From assembly GCA_955652635.1 (NCBI GenBank), contig CATPBN010000103.1, positions 1 through 63,930 on the forward strand: DNA of 63,930 nucleotides, in the 5' to 3' direction. The number at the start of each line of letters is the position of its first letter. The first letter of the stretch is position 1. The translations under genes and the position numbers were made by a program. The notes under the pieces were generated by a model. It ran no database searches, was not told the DNA's origin, and was given only the letters and a program-made list of their open reading frames with translations. Positions 47,622 to 56,524 of the stretch are shown in pieces. Source of the stretch: an uncultured Gemmatimonadaceae bacterium. GTDB lineage: Bacteria > Gemmatimonadota > Gemmatimonadetes > Gemmatimonadales > Gemmatimonadaceae.

Positions 47622-48507
47622 CTTCCAGCCGAGTCGAACTCCATTGTATCAGCAGTACGGCGGCAGCAATCAGAATGCCGCCAACAAGAATAGTGATGTT
47701 TGGGTGATTTCCGAGTACCGCCACACCCAGCATTGCCGTGAAGAAAGGCTCGACAGTCGCAATTATGGAGGTTCTCACTGGCCCAAGAGTTGATAAACCT
47801 TTTATCAGGGTAGAAAACGCAATCACGGTCGATACCAACGCGAGTACGAAGATGTTCGACCACACTGGCGCGCCCATAGGCAGATAGAATTCCTCTGCAA
47901 ATAGTGCAGCGATGACGAAGGTGACCGCTGCTCCTGCCACCAGTAGAAAAGTTGAAACAAAAGGTGGTACTCCTTGCTGAAGGTGCTCGAGTGATGGCAA
48001 GTATGCCGAGTAGAGCAGTGCGGAACCAAGAGCGAGTATTACTCCAACAGGGTTCAACTTGTCGGTAGAGGGTGCCCCCACCATTACCGTGACGCCGACA
48101 AGAGCAAGGGTCAGCGCGATCGCGCGCATTGACGTCAGCTTTTCGGTTCGTCGCATCGCCGCGACCAATGCGACCCACGCCGGATAGGTATAAAAGAGGA
48201 AGGCAAGCGGACCAACTGGTATGTATTCGAGTGCGTGCAGACTTAGGTATGTGATTAGCGCCTGCCCAAAGCCGCCGATCAACAGGAGCTGCACAAGACG
48301 TTGCTTAGGTACGGATCCGAGCTGCCTGACGCCAATGATCGCAAAAAGCAGCACGGCACCCAGCACGTAACGCCATGCCATCGCGGTGAGGAGTGGAACT
48401 CCGGCCCTCGTAATCAGAACGGTGAGCACAGAGATCGACCCAAAGCTCACTGCGGATACCACGATCAGCAGTGTCGCGCGACTGATTGAAGTGGCCGAGG
48501 ATTCCAT
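47611..48507 (-). CDS. EamA/DMT family transporter
   Basis: About 10 TM helices in two repeats; FYTYP and EP motifs. Confidence 0.88.
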   Translation of the reverse strand: MESSATSISRATLLIVVSAVSFGSISVLTVLITRAGVPLLTAMAWRYVLGAVLLFAIIGVRQLGSVPKQRLVQLLLIGGFGQALITYLSLHALEYIPVGPLAFLFYTYPAWVALVAAMRRTEKLTSMRAIALTLALVGVTVMVGAPSTDKLNPVGVILALGSALLYSAYLPSLEHLQQGVPPFVSTFLLVAGAAVTFVIAALFAEEFYLPMGAPVWSNIFVLALVSTVIAFSTLIKGLSTLGPVRTSIIATVEPFFTAMLGVAVLGNHPNITILVGGILIAAAVLLIQWSSTRLEVIA

Positions 48508-48593
48508 CGCGGGAATGTAGCGTTGGTCAACAATCGTGGCCATTTTTCCGAAGCGATCCGCAACGCAAAGCAATTCTTCAGGACAGATCTCCC

Positions 48594-49574
48594 GTGACAT
48601 CACCCATATTCGCCGATCAGCCCGTGCCAGTTCCAAGGAGCTCGGAGGAAGAGTTCAAGGATCTTGGTTTCGGAACAGAGGTCGCGCGAGGCGCACGGCA
48701 GCGATTATTGAATCGCGATGGGACCTTCAATGTAGTTCGCGAGGGCCTCAATCCACTTTCCGCATTGAGCCTCTACCACTGGTTGCTCACGATTTCGTGG
48801 TCAAAGTTTCTCGGCTTCATCACAGCAACGTACGTCGCAGTCAATGCATTGTTCGCAGTGGCGTTTCTCCTCTGTGGGCCGGACGCTCTTCAGTCCGCCT
48901 CCGGGAGCTTTGCCGGTCACCCATTCTATCGGGCATTCTTCTTCAGCGTCGACACGTTCGCGACGATTGGATACGGAAATATCATCCCGGTTGGAGTCGC
49001 TGCAAATACGCTCGTCACGATCGAGGCGCTGGTCAACATTCTCGGGATAGCGCTCGCGACAGGTGTGATCTTCAGCAGATTTTCGCGCCCCTCTGCAAGG
49101 ATTGTTTACAGCCGCAACGCGATTGTCGCTCCTTATCGCGACAAGACCGCTCTCGAGTTCAGAATTGCGAATGGAAGAACCAGTCAGCTCATTGAGGTTC
49201 AGATCCAGGTTATTCTCACCAAACTCGAGCAGGTCGACGGAAATAGTGTGCGCAAGTTCTACGACCTGGACCTGGAGCGTCACCGCGTTGTTTTCTTCAC
49301 ACTTAGCTGGACGGTTGTCCATCCAATCGATTCGAGCAGTCCCATGTGGGGGCTTACGAGGAAGGATCTTCTCGACGCCGATGCAGAGGTGTTGATTCTT
49401 CTCACAGGAATCGATGAAACGCTTTCGCAGACTGTGCATTCACGGTCTTCCTACAAGGCGGATGAGGTTGTGTGGGGCGTAAAATTCGCGAACATGTTCC
49501 TGCGGACCGAGACGGCTGGAATCGTCGGCATGAACCTGGGCAGAATTCATGAGGTCGAAATTGTTCGCAGCTGA
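48594..49574 (+). CDS. Inward-rectifier potassium channel (KirBac)
   Basis: FFFSVDTFATIGYG filter, RFSRP, FRIANGR, SWTVVHPID..SP, G.DET..QTVH. Start is approximate. Confidence 0.92.
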   Translation: MTSPIFADQPVPVPRSSEEEFKDLGFGTEVARGARQRLLNRDGTFNVVREGLNPLSALSLYHWLLTISWSKFLGFITATYVAVNALFAVAFLLCGPDALQSASGSFAGHPFYRAFFFSVDTFATIGYGNIIPVGVAANTLVTIEALVNILGIALATGVIFSRFSRPSARIVYSRNAIVAPYRDKTALEFRIANGRTSQLIEVQIQVILTKLEQVDGNSVRKFYDLDLERHRVVFFTLSWTVVHPIDSSSPMWGLTRKDLLDADAEVLILLTGIDETLSQTVHSRSSYKADEVVWGVKFANMFLRTETAGIVGMNLGRIHEVEIVRS

Positions 49575-49644
49575 AGGGTAGGATGTACAAGCTTGCAGAC
49601 TTTGACGTCTTACATGGTACCCACTTCATCCTCGAGGAACTGAA

Positions 49645-50373
49645 ATGAGACGTGCTATCAAATTCTGGGCTTGGATGGCGCTCTTAGCGCCATTAACGGT
49701 ACATGGACAAGACAGTCGAGCGCCAGGCGACCCCATCCCCCAGATTTCTGTGGTTGGAAGGGGAGAGATCAAGGTCTCGCCAGATCGCGCCACGATACGG
49801 ATCAGTGTACAGACTCGGGCAACAACTGCTGCGGCGGCTGCTGCGGACAACGCGAATAAGCAACAATCAGTAATTGTGGCGTTGCGCGCGCTGGGTCTGG
49901 GAAATGATCAGCTTTCGACGATCAATTACAATGTCTACCCTGAACAGCGCTACGAGCAAGGCAAGGAACCTGTGATTTTCGCGTACAATGTCACCAACAC
50001 AATTCTCGTCGATGTTCGAAACCTGGGTCAGGTCGGACCAATAATTGACGCAGCGCTTTCACACGGAGCGAACATGATCACTTCGCTTCAATTCTATGCG
50101 TCGAACACCGAGACAGCTCGACGCACTGCTATCGCGTCGGCGATAGAAAAGGCTCGGGCTGACGCGGATGCGGCGGCGCGTGCGGCGCATGGATCTCTCG
50201 GGACCCTTCTTGGAATTGAAATTGGCTCTTACTCCCCGCCTCCTCCGCGACCAATGATGATGATGAGCAAGGCAATGGCGGGCGCCGCACAGGCAGATAC
50301 TCCGATCAACCCAGGTGAGGAAACGCTCTCCGTAGAAGTGAGCACTCGCTGGCGGTTCATACCTGGCCAATAA
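49645..50373 (+). CDS. SIMPL/DUF541 domain periplasmic protein
   Basis: Signal peptide; ISVVGRGEI...PDRA, GAN, A..KARA.A and INPGE motifs. Confidence 0.88.
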   Translation: MRRAIKFWAWMALLAPLTVHGQDSRAPGDPIPQISVVGRGEIKVSPDRATIRISVQTRATTAAAAAADNANKQQSVIVALRALGLGNDQLSTINYNVYPEQRYEQGKEPVIFAYNVTNTILVDVRNLGQVGPIIDAALSHGANMITSLQFYASNTETARRTAIASAIEKARADADAAARAAHGSLGTLLGIEIGSYSPPPPRPMMMMSKAMAGAAQADTPINPGEETLSVEVSTRWRFIPGQ

Positions 50374-50376
50374 CCT

Positions 50377-50392
50377 ATTTCCACGTGGAACA
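50377..50392. other. parS: parS centromere-like site 1
   Basis: ATTTCCACGTGGAACA, close to the TGTT(T/C)CACGTG(A/G)AACA consensus. Confidence 0.85.
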
Positions 50393-50402
50393 GTGTTACA
50401 TT

Positions 50403-50418
50403 CGTTCCACGTGGAAAC
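50403..50418. other. parS: parS centromere-like site 2
   Basis: CGTTCCACGTGGAAAC, 10 bp downstream of site 1. Confidence 0.85.
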
Positions 50419-50466
50419 CACCCTGCCGGGTCAGTAGATTACGCGCCATACCTTTACGTTGAATTC

Positions 50467-51255
50467 GTGGCGCGAATAATTGCAATTGCAAATCAAAAAG
50501 GTGGAGTAGGAAAAACGACGACTGCGGTTAACCTCGCTGCAAGCCTTGCTGCCGCTGAGCAACGGACTCTCCTCGTCGACGCTGATCCCCAAGGGAATGC
50601 TACAAGTGGCGTCGGCCTCCAAAAGGAAAACGTACCGCTTACTCTTTACGACGTCCTCGTCGGAAACTCAGATCTGGGATCGGCCCGTCAAACGAGCATC
50701 CAGTTTCAGAAGCTGGACGTCATAGGCGCGACTCCCGACCTGGCTGCTGCCGAGGTGGAGCTCATTGACAAGACCGACCGTGAGCACGTCATGCGGCAGT
50801 CCGTCCAGTCCCTGCGCCCTGAGTACGAATACATAATCATCGACTGCCCGCCATCGCTTGGGCTGATCACGATCAACATGTTGGCAGCCGCTGATGCGCT
50901 ACTCATTCCCGTGCAGTGCGAATACTACGCATTGGAGGGTTTGTCTCAACTCTTGAACACTGTCCACCGCGTTCAGCACAGTGCGAACGAAAAACTAGGT
51001 ATCGACGGAGTCTTGTTGACGATGTACGACTCCCGGCTAAATCTCTCGAGACAGGTTGCCGACGATGCTCGCGAGTACTTTGGACCGAAGGTGTTCAACA
51101 GCGTCGTACCCAGAAATGTCCGACTCGCGGAAGCGCCGAGCTTCGGCAAGCCGATCATTCTCTACGATGCGGCCTCGGTCGGTGCACAGGCTTACATGAA
51201 TGTCGCCAAAGAATTGATTGAGCGAACCGAGCAAGGAGATAACGGTGGCAACTGA
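50467..51255 (+). CDS. parA: Chromosome partitioning ATPase ParA/Soj
   Basis: [36 protein letters not shown] and [12 protein letters not shown] motifs. Confidence 0.97.
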   Translation: MARIIAIANQKGGVGKTTTAVNLAASLAAAEQRTLLVDADPQGNATSGVGLQKENVPLTLYDVLVGNSDLGSARQTSIQFQKLDVIGATPDLAAAEVELIDKTDREHVMRQSVQSLRPEYEYIIIDCPPSLGLITINMLAAADALLIPVQCEYYALEGLSQLLNTVHRVQHSANEKLGIDGVLLTMYDSRLNLSRQVADDAREYFGPKVFNSVVPRNVRLAEAPSFGKPIILYDAASVGAQAYMNVAKELIERTEQGDNGGN

Positions 51256-52135
51256 GAAAACGCCGAGACGGCTTGGCAGAGGATTGGAGGCACTGCTCGG
51301 GACAGCCGGTGGTCTGGCTTCAACCGACGAGGGTGCACTCAAGTTGATTCCCGTCGCACAAGTAGCGAGAAACCCCTTCCAACCAAGAACAGAGTTCAAC
51401 GTTGAAGATCTCGTCGAGCTGCAGGAAAGTCTTAAGGCAAGCGGGCTCCTCCAGCCAATAACCGTCCGTCGAAGACCTGGTAGGGACGGATTCGAGCTCG
51501 TCGCGGGCGAACGCCGTCTGCGCGCTGCCACAGAGCTTGGATGGAAGGAGATCCCGGCAATCATACGCGAGATTGATGATAGGACGCTTCTCACTCTGGC
51601 GCTTGTCGAGAATCTTCAACGAACGGATCTCAACCCAATCGAGGAAGGAGAAGGGTACCACAAGCTCCTGCAGGATTTCGGGCTGACACAGCAGCAAATA
51701 GCGGAGACGGTTGGAAAGGATAGAACGACGATCTCCAACATGCTTCGCATACTGCAACTGCCAGAATCCGCGAGAAGGTTTCTCCAGGACGGCAAGTTGT
51801 CCATGGGCCACGCCAAGGTGCTTCTCGGCCTAGATGATTCCGACAAGATCGTCACTTTAGCAAACGAAATCGTGAGAGAGGGGCTAACAGTTCGGGAATT
51901 GGAACATCGGCTCCGGCAAGTTGACGGTACGCCAAGGAAAGGAAAGGTGGGTCGTCCAAGAACCGCCGACCGCCAATCACCGGAGATTCGACAAATCCAA
52001 GACAGGTTAAGGAGGTTCCTACAGACCGATGTAACACTTAGCGTCGGATCGAATAACCGAGGCACGCTCACACTCCATTTCTACTCGGCCGATGACCTCG
52101 AAAGGCTCCTCGGTGTCATGCGCGTCCCGGACTAA
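51245..52135 (+). CDS. parB: Chromosome partitioning CTPase ParB/Spo0J
   Basis: [30 protein letters not shown] and HTH motifs. Confidence 0.97.
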   Translation: MATEKTPRRLGRGLEALLGTAGGLASTDEGALKLIPVAQVARNPFQPRTEFNVEDLVELQESLKASGLLQPITVRRRPGRDGFELVAGERRLRAATELGWKEIPAIIREIDDRTLLTLALVENLQRTDLNPIEEGEGYHKLLQDFGLTQQQIAETVGKDRTTISNMLRILQLPESARRFLQDGKLSMGHAKVLLGLDDSDKIVTLANEIVREGLTVRELEHRLRQVDGTPRKGKVGRPRTADRQSPEIRQIQDRLRRFLQTDVTLSVGSNNRGTLTLHFYSADDLERLLGVMRVPD

Positions 52136-52238
52136 TCAACAAGGTTGTCAACCTGAGCTCTAACTTATTAGCTACCAATCGGTTAGCTCATAATTGCCCA
52201 GTGGGCAAGGGCATTTCTCCACACAAATCTGTCACCGT

Positions 52239-53015
52239 ATGACGATATCTTTGGTGGAACTCGCTCGCTATACAGATAACCTGCTTGAGACCTCGAGTAC
52301 CCAGGATTACTCGAACGCGGTCAATGGAATTCAGGTACAGAACGAGTCGCCCATACGGAAGATCACGGCGGCTGTCGATTTTTCCACTCGAGCAGTTCAG
52401 GGCGCGATCGAGAATGGTGGAAACCTCCTTGTCGTCCACCACGGCATGTTTTGGGGTGGGCTGGAGCCTATCATCGGCTCACACTACAGGCGGGTTCGGA
52501 TGCTAATCAAAGCCGACATTGCTGTTTATGCTTCGCATCTTCCGCTCGACCGCCATCCCACGCTCGGAAACAACGTACTCCTCGCCAAGGAGCTCGGCCT
52601 CGAGCCGAATGCACCCTTCGCCCGTTTTGAGGACACTTTCATTGGGTTGTCCGGAGAAAGTGATATCGAGACTGCGGCGATCGTTACATCTGCTCGGACG
52701 TTTGCGCGAACACACGGCGGAGATGTCCGCACCTCACTGATGCATGCGGGCCGGCGAACGCGGAAATGGGCAATCTGCACCGGCGCAGGGGCATCGGCCG
52801 ATACGCTACGAGAGACAAACGCGATGGAAGTAGACACACTTATCGTGGGAGAGGGACCGCACTGGACGGCAATTCATGCGGAAGAAAGCGGTCTCGTGAT
52901 CATTTATGCGGGGCACTACGCGACTGAAACTCTCGGTGTTTGTGCTTTGGCGCAGCATCTCAGCAAGAAGTTCGATCTGCCGTGGAATTTTGTAAGTGCG
53001 CCAAGCGGTCTTTGA
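52239..53015 (+). CDS. Nif3-like dinuclear metal protein
   Basis: NGIQV, VHHG, SHLPLDRH, GNN and AGHYATE motifs. Confidence 0.92.
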   Translation: MTISLVELARYTDNLLETSSTQDYSNAVNGIQVQNESPIRKITAAVDFSTRAVQGAIENGGNLLVVHHGMFWGGLEPIIGSHYRRVRMLIKADIAVYASHLPLDRHPTLGNNVLLAKELGLEPNAPFARFEDTFIGLSGESDIETAAIVTSARTFARTHGGDVRTSLMHAGRRTRKWAICTGAGASADTLRETNAMEVDTLIVGEGPHWTAIHAEESGLVIIYAGHYATETLGVCALAQHLSKKFDLPWNFVSAPSGL

Positions 53016-53036
53016 CGGATAAGAGCTGCTCGACGT

Positions 53037-53957
53037 TCAGCAAGTGGTGTAGGCGCTCTTCCAGGTAGAGCGCCATTGGCCGGGTCCAGTCCGTTCGACC
53101 AGGCCAAGCTTGACGCCTTCTTCGGACTCGACACTTACAACGATCGCCGGGGTCTTCGATGCTCCTATCTGCACTGCCGCGAGCACCTCTGTCGCTTGCA
53201 TCGTTTCTTCCGCACCAGCTATCCGGCTGAAATACCCAACAGCGTATCTCCCTTTCGTTCCGATTGGGCGCTCACCTATGACCAGTAGATGCTCAATTCG
53301 CGGGTTGGCTTCCTCGTTGAGTGTCCGAACAATATCAGCAACTACTACTTCGACGGAATCCAGTCGAAACGTGTAGGCCGAAGTAACTCTGAATGGGAGT
53401 CTTCGAAACGTCGGATCTGAGGAGACTGGTAGAGTCGCCGCAGTTTGGGCTAGCGATGCAGCGAGGATTGCAGAATCTGCGCTGGGCAACGACTCGATCG
53501 AGTCGAGCGGAAGTGCCTTTACGTTTCCGCGCACAAATCCAACACGCCAGGCCGAATGCGCAGATTGCGTTCTGCCAACAGGCCAGGCATTGCAATCTCG
53601 CGTCGTGTCAGTTGCCGCTCTGTGGGGCAAGACTCTAGTCGAATCAATTTTGCCACCCCGATTGAACAGCTCGAAGACTAGACCGGAGACTGGTGGTGTC
53701 ACGTCCTGGATCAATTCAATCGTACTGTCGGTTGCCTCTGGCAATACTATCGAAACACTGTCAGAGCTATTCCCTGCAGAGAGTAGCATCACCGGCCCGG
53801 CGTTCACGTTCCAATTGGTATTACTCGTCGGGCCCAGGGAAAACACAGCCGGGAGCGATCTGCGGGCATTAGCGTTGTCTCCCGCCTTATCTCGGCAGGC
53901 TAGCACCATAAGCACCGGAATGAAAATCTTGCCAGGAACAACCAGGCGACCTGCCAT
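53037..53957 (-). CDS. Hypothetical lipoprotein
   Basis: Long ORF with lipobox LMVLAC. Start is uncertain. Confidence 0.65.
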   Translation of the reverse strand: MAGRLVVPGKIFIPVLMVLACRDKAGDNANARRSLPAVFSLGPTSNTNWNVNAGPVMLLSAGNSSDSVSIVLPEATDSTIELIQDVTPPVSGLVFELFNRGGKIDSTRVLPHRAATDTTRDCNAWPVGRTQSAHSAWRVGFVRGNVKALPLDSIESLPSADSAILAASLAQTAATLPVSSDPTFRRLPFRVTSAYTFRLDSVEVVVADIVRTLNEEANPRIEHLLVIGERPIGTKGRYAVGYFSRIAGAEETMQATEVLAAVQIGASKTPAIVVSVESEEGVKLGLVERTGPGQWRSTWKSAYTTC

Positions 53958-54089
53958 AGCGTTAAATCTGCCTGTCACATCTTCCAGCGTCGAGAGTACG
54001 TAGGTCGTGCTACGTCACGATACGTATTTGAGTTGCATGGTCAGCAGTGTAGCGTTTCTCGAGTGCGACCTTAACCGGCGGAGCAACTG

Positions 54090-55550
54090 ATGCAGTCGAC
54101 GGCCGTAGTAGCGAGCAATCCTCTGGTAGAGGGTTCAAGAATCACGGCTGGCGGAGATCTCAATCCACCGCTGGCTCGCCTGCGCGAGCGTCTAAGTTGG
54201 GCGCTTTATGATTTTGCCAATACTGTGTTTTCGATGAATATCGCTACGCTCTATTTCTCTGCGTGGCTGGTAAAGGATCTTGGTCGTTCCAATACGCTCT
54301 ACGCTACAGCGAATGGGATCGCATCGGCGCTCGTAGTGATTTCGATCCCGCTTTTTGGTGCGATTTCTGACGCGACACAAAGGCGAAAGCCTTGGGTGGT
54401 TGGATTCACACTCGTTGCATGCGTCTCCACGATAGTCATGGCCTTTCTCGGCCAGACCGGACTCCCTCTCATCGGCGAGGGTGTGACGGTTTTAGCGCCC
54501 TCATCCAGCTTGGTGCGACCTGGATTCGCGTTGTTTGCAGTGCTCGCAGCATTCGCCATCGCTAACTACGCGCATCAGGGCGCGTTGCCGTTCTACAACG
54601 CAATGATGCCGGAGCTCGCTCCCGTAGATCACCGTGGCCGTCTTTCGGGACTTGGTGCTGCGTTCGGCTATGCCGGCTCGATTATCGGTGTTTTGCTGAC
54701 ATTTCCTTTCTTCACCGGGTCGCTACCGATTCTCGGAGCTGTTCCCGAGCGCGCTATTCATTTCCTGCGAAACGTAATCCCGTTTACAGCACATGGGGGG
54801 CGTGTTTCGACATTCGTCCCGACAGCGATTCTCCTCTTCGTATTCTCTCTGCCACTGTTCTTCTTCTGCCACGATCGCAATGCGATACGTGGAAAGAAAC
54901 GCATTCCGTGGCGCGAGGCATTCAGCGATGTGCGTCATACCCTGAAAGAGGCGAAAAAATATCCGGGCACGTTAAGATTCATCCTCACGTCCTTCCTGTA
55001 CCAGGATGCAATGGGGACGATCATCGCGAACATGGCCCTCTATGCGATCTTCGCGATGGGATTCGAAGGCGGCTCCGAAGCAACTTTATTCGTGATACTT
55101 ACGATACCCGCAGTAATTGGAAGCTACGGGATCGGTCGATTGGTGGATCGGTTCGGACCCAAGCACACGCTGTCATGGGTCCTCATGAGTTGGGTCGTGC
55201 TTCTGGTGGCAATGATTCTGGTACCGACCAGAAGCGCTTTCTGGATCGTAGGCGCATGCATAGGACTGATCTACGGAGGTGTGTCAACCGCTGAACGTCC
55301 TCTGCTACTGAGCCTCGTTCCCGACATCGAGGCTGGGCGTTTTTTCAGTCTGATGGTGCTTTCGTCGAGGGCCGCAGCCGTTGTTGGTCCGTTTGTGTGG
55401 GCATTCACCGTCGATGGACTGAAGCCTTCGATGGGAACCGGATTCGCATATCGTGCCGGAGTCGCAACAGTTGCAATCGGGATGATTCTGGCGCTCCTGT
55501 TGTTGCGCGGTGTCCCCAACAACTTCACGAGGCCGGTTCGCTCAAGATGA
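54090..55550 (+). CDS. MFS transporter (UMF1/Atg22-like)
   Basis: SWALYDFAN, FYNAMMP, GRLSGLG..GY.G and DRFG motifs; many TM helices. Confidence 0.9.
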   Translation: MQSTAVVASNPLVEGSRITAGGDLNPPLARLRERLSWALYDFANTVFSMNIATLYFSAWLVKDLGRSNTLYATANGIASALVVISIPLFGAISDATQRRKPWVVGFTLVACVSTIVMAFLGQTGLPLIGEGVTVLAPSSSLVRPGFALFAVLAAFAIANYAHQGALPFYNAMMPELAPVDHRGRLSGLGAAFGYAGSIIGVLLTFPFFTGSLPILGAVPERAIHFLRNVIPFTAHGGRVSTFVPTAILLFVFSLPLFFFCHDRNAIRGKKRIPWREAFSDVRHTLKEAKKYPGTLRFILTSFLYQDAMGTIIANMALYAIFAMGFEGGSEATLFVILTIPAVIGSYGIGRLVDRFGPKHTLSWVLMSWVVLLVAMILVPTRSAFWIVGACIGLIYGGVSTAERPLLLSLVPDIEAGRFFSLMVLSSRAAAVVGPFVWAFTVDGLKPSMGTGFAYRAGVATVAIGMILALLLLRGVPNNFTRPVRSR

Positions 55551-56521
55551 TTTACGGTTTATTGCGATGGATCACAGGAATAGCGCTACACTGGTTTTAC
55601 AGCGACATCCGTCTGGTTGGAGCAGCACAAATTCCAGCGAGGGGCCCGTTATTGATCGCGGTCAATCATCAAAACGCGCTGGTTGATTCTCTGATAGTAG
55701 GGTGGCTCGTTCCGCGTCGCATTACCATGACCGCCAAGGCAACGCTTGCCGAGAACCCGTTGATTGCCATTCTCTTCAGAATATTGCACGTCGTGCCGCT
55801 TCGCCGAGTGAGTGACGAGGTCAGGAGGCAAGGGGGACTGCCGCTCGACAGATCGCGCAATGCCCAAGCGTTCGCCGAGATATTCGATCTCCTCGAAAGA
55901 AATGGCGTGCTACTGATATTTCCTGAAGGCAAGAGTCACAATGAGGCTGGGCTCGAGCCACTCAAGACTGGATTGGCGCGACTTGCGCTCCAAGCCAGAG
56001 ATGAGCACGGAATTACGGGTCTGAGAATCCTTCCTCTCGGGCTCGTCTTCGAAGACAAGGGTACGCCGGGCACTGCTGCCGGTGCGTACGTAGGGACGGC
56101 TATCGAGATGGATTCATGGCGAGGGAGTGATCCCGCAATGCTTACCGAGGAAATAGCCGATCGATTGCGAGCGGTCTCCGAGGATGCCGAATTGCCGCGA
56201 AAAGAGTCCACCCAAACACAGGAGAGTGGTAATAGCGTGCGCGAAAGCGCCATTGCCTTTGCAGCGTGGTGGGGCCGTCTCACCCACGAGTTACCTGTGC
56301 GGCTGGCTAGAAGCATTGCAGTCAAACGAAGCACGGACGCAGACGAGCCGGCAATGTTCACGATCATATTTGGCGTCGGGCTGGTACTTCTTACCTATGT
56401 GATTCACCTCACAATCGTAGGTATGGTCATTCATTCTTTCCTGTTCGACTGTCTGTACCTGGTCGGCTTGCTGAGCGGGGCCTACTGGGCAGCATTTCAA
56501 CAGCACCCGCGACGAGCTTAG
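55547..56521 (+). CDS. Lysophospholipid/glycerol-3-phosphate acyltransferase family protein
   Basis: NHQNALVD and FPEG motifs; ATGA overlap with the MFS gene. Confidence 0.88.
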   Translation: MIYGLLRWITGIALHWFYSDIRLVGAAQIPARGPLLIAVNHQNALVDSLIVGWLVPRRITMTAKATLAENPLIAILFRILHVVPLRRVSDEVRRQGGLPLDRSRNAQAFAEIFDLLERNGVLLIFPEGKSHNEAGLEPLKTGLARLALQARDEHGITGLRILPLGLVFEDKGTPGTAAGAYVGTAIEMDSWRGSDPAMLTEEIADRLRAVSEDAELPRKESTQTQESGNSVRESAIAFAAWWGRLTHELPVRLARSIAVKRSTDADEPAMFTIIFGVGLVLLTYVIHLTIVGMVIHSFLFDCLYLVGLLSGAYWAAFQQHPRRA

Positions 56522-56524
56522 ACG

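Noticed and set aside
52136-52238. Possible oriC downstream of parB (TTCTCCACA, palindrome AGGTTGTCAACCT)
   Set aside because: Only one imperfect DnaA-box-like 9-mer; no box cluster or clear unwinding element.
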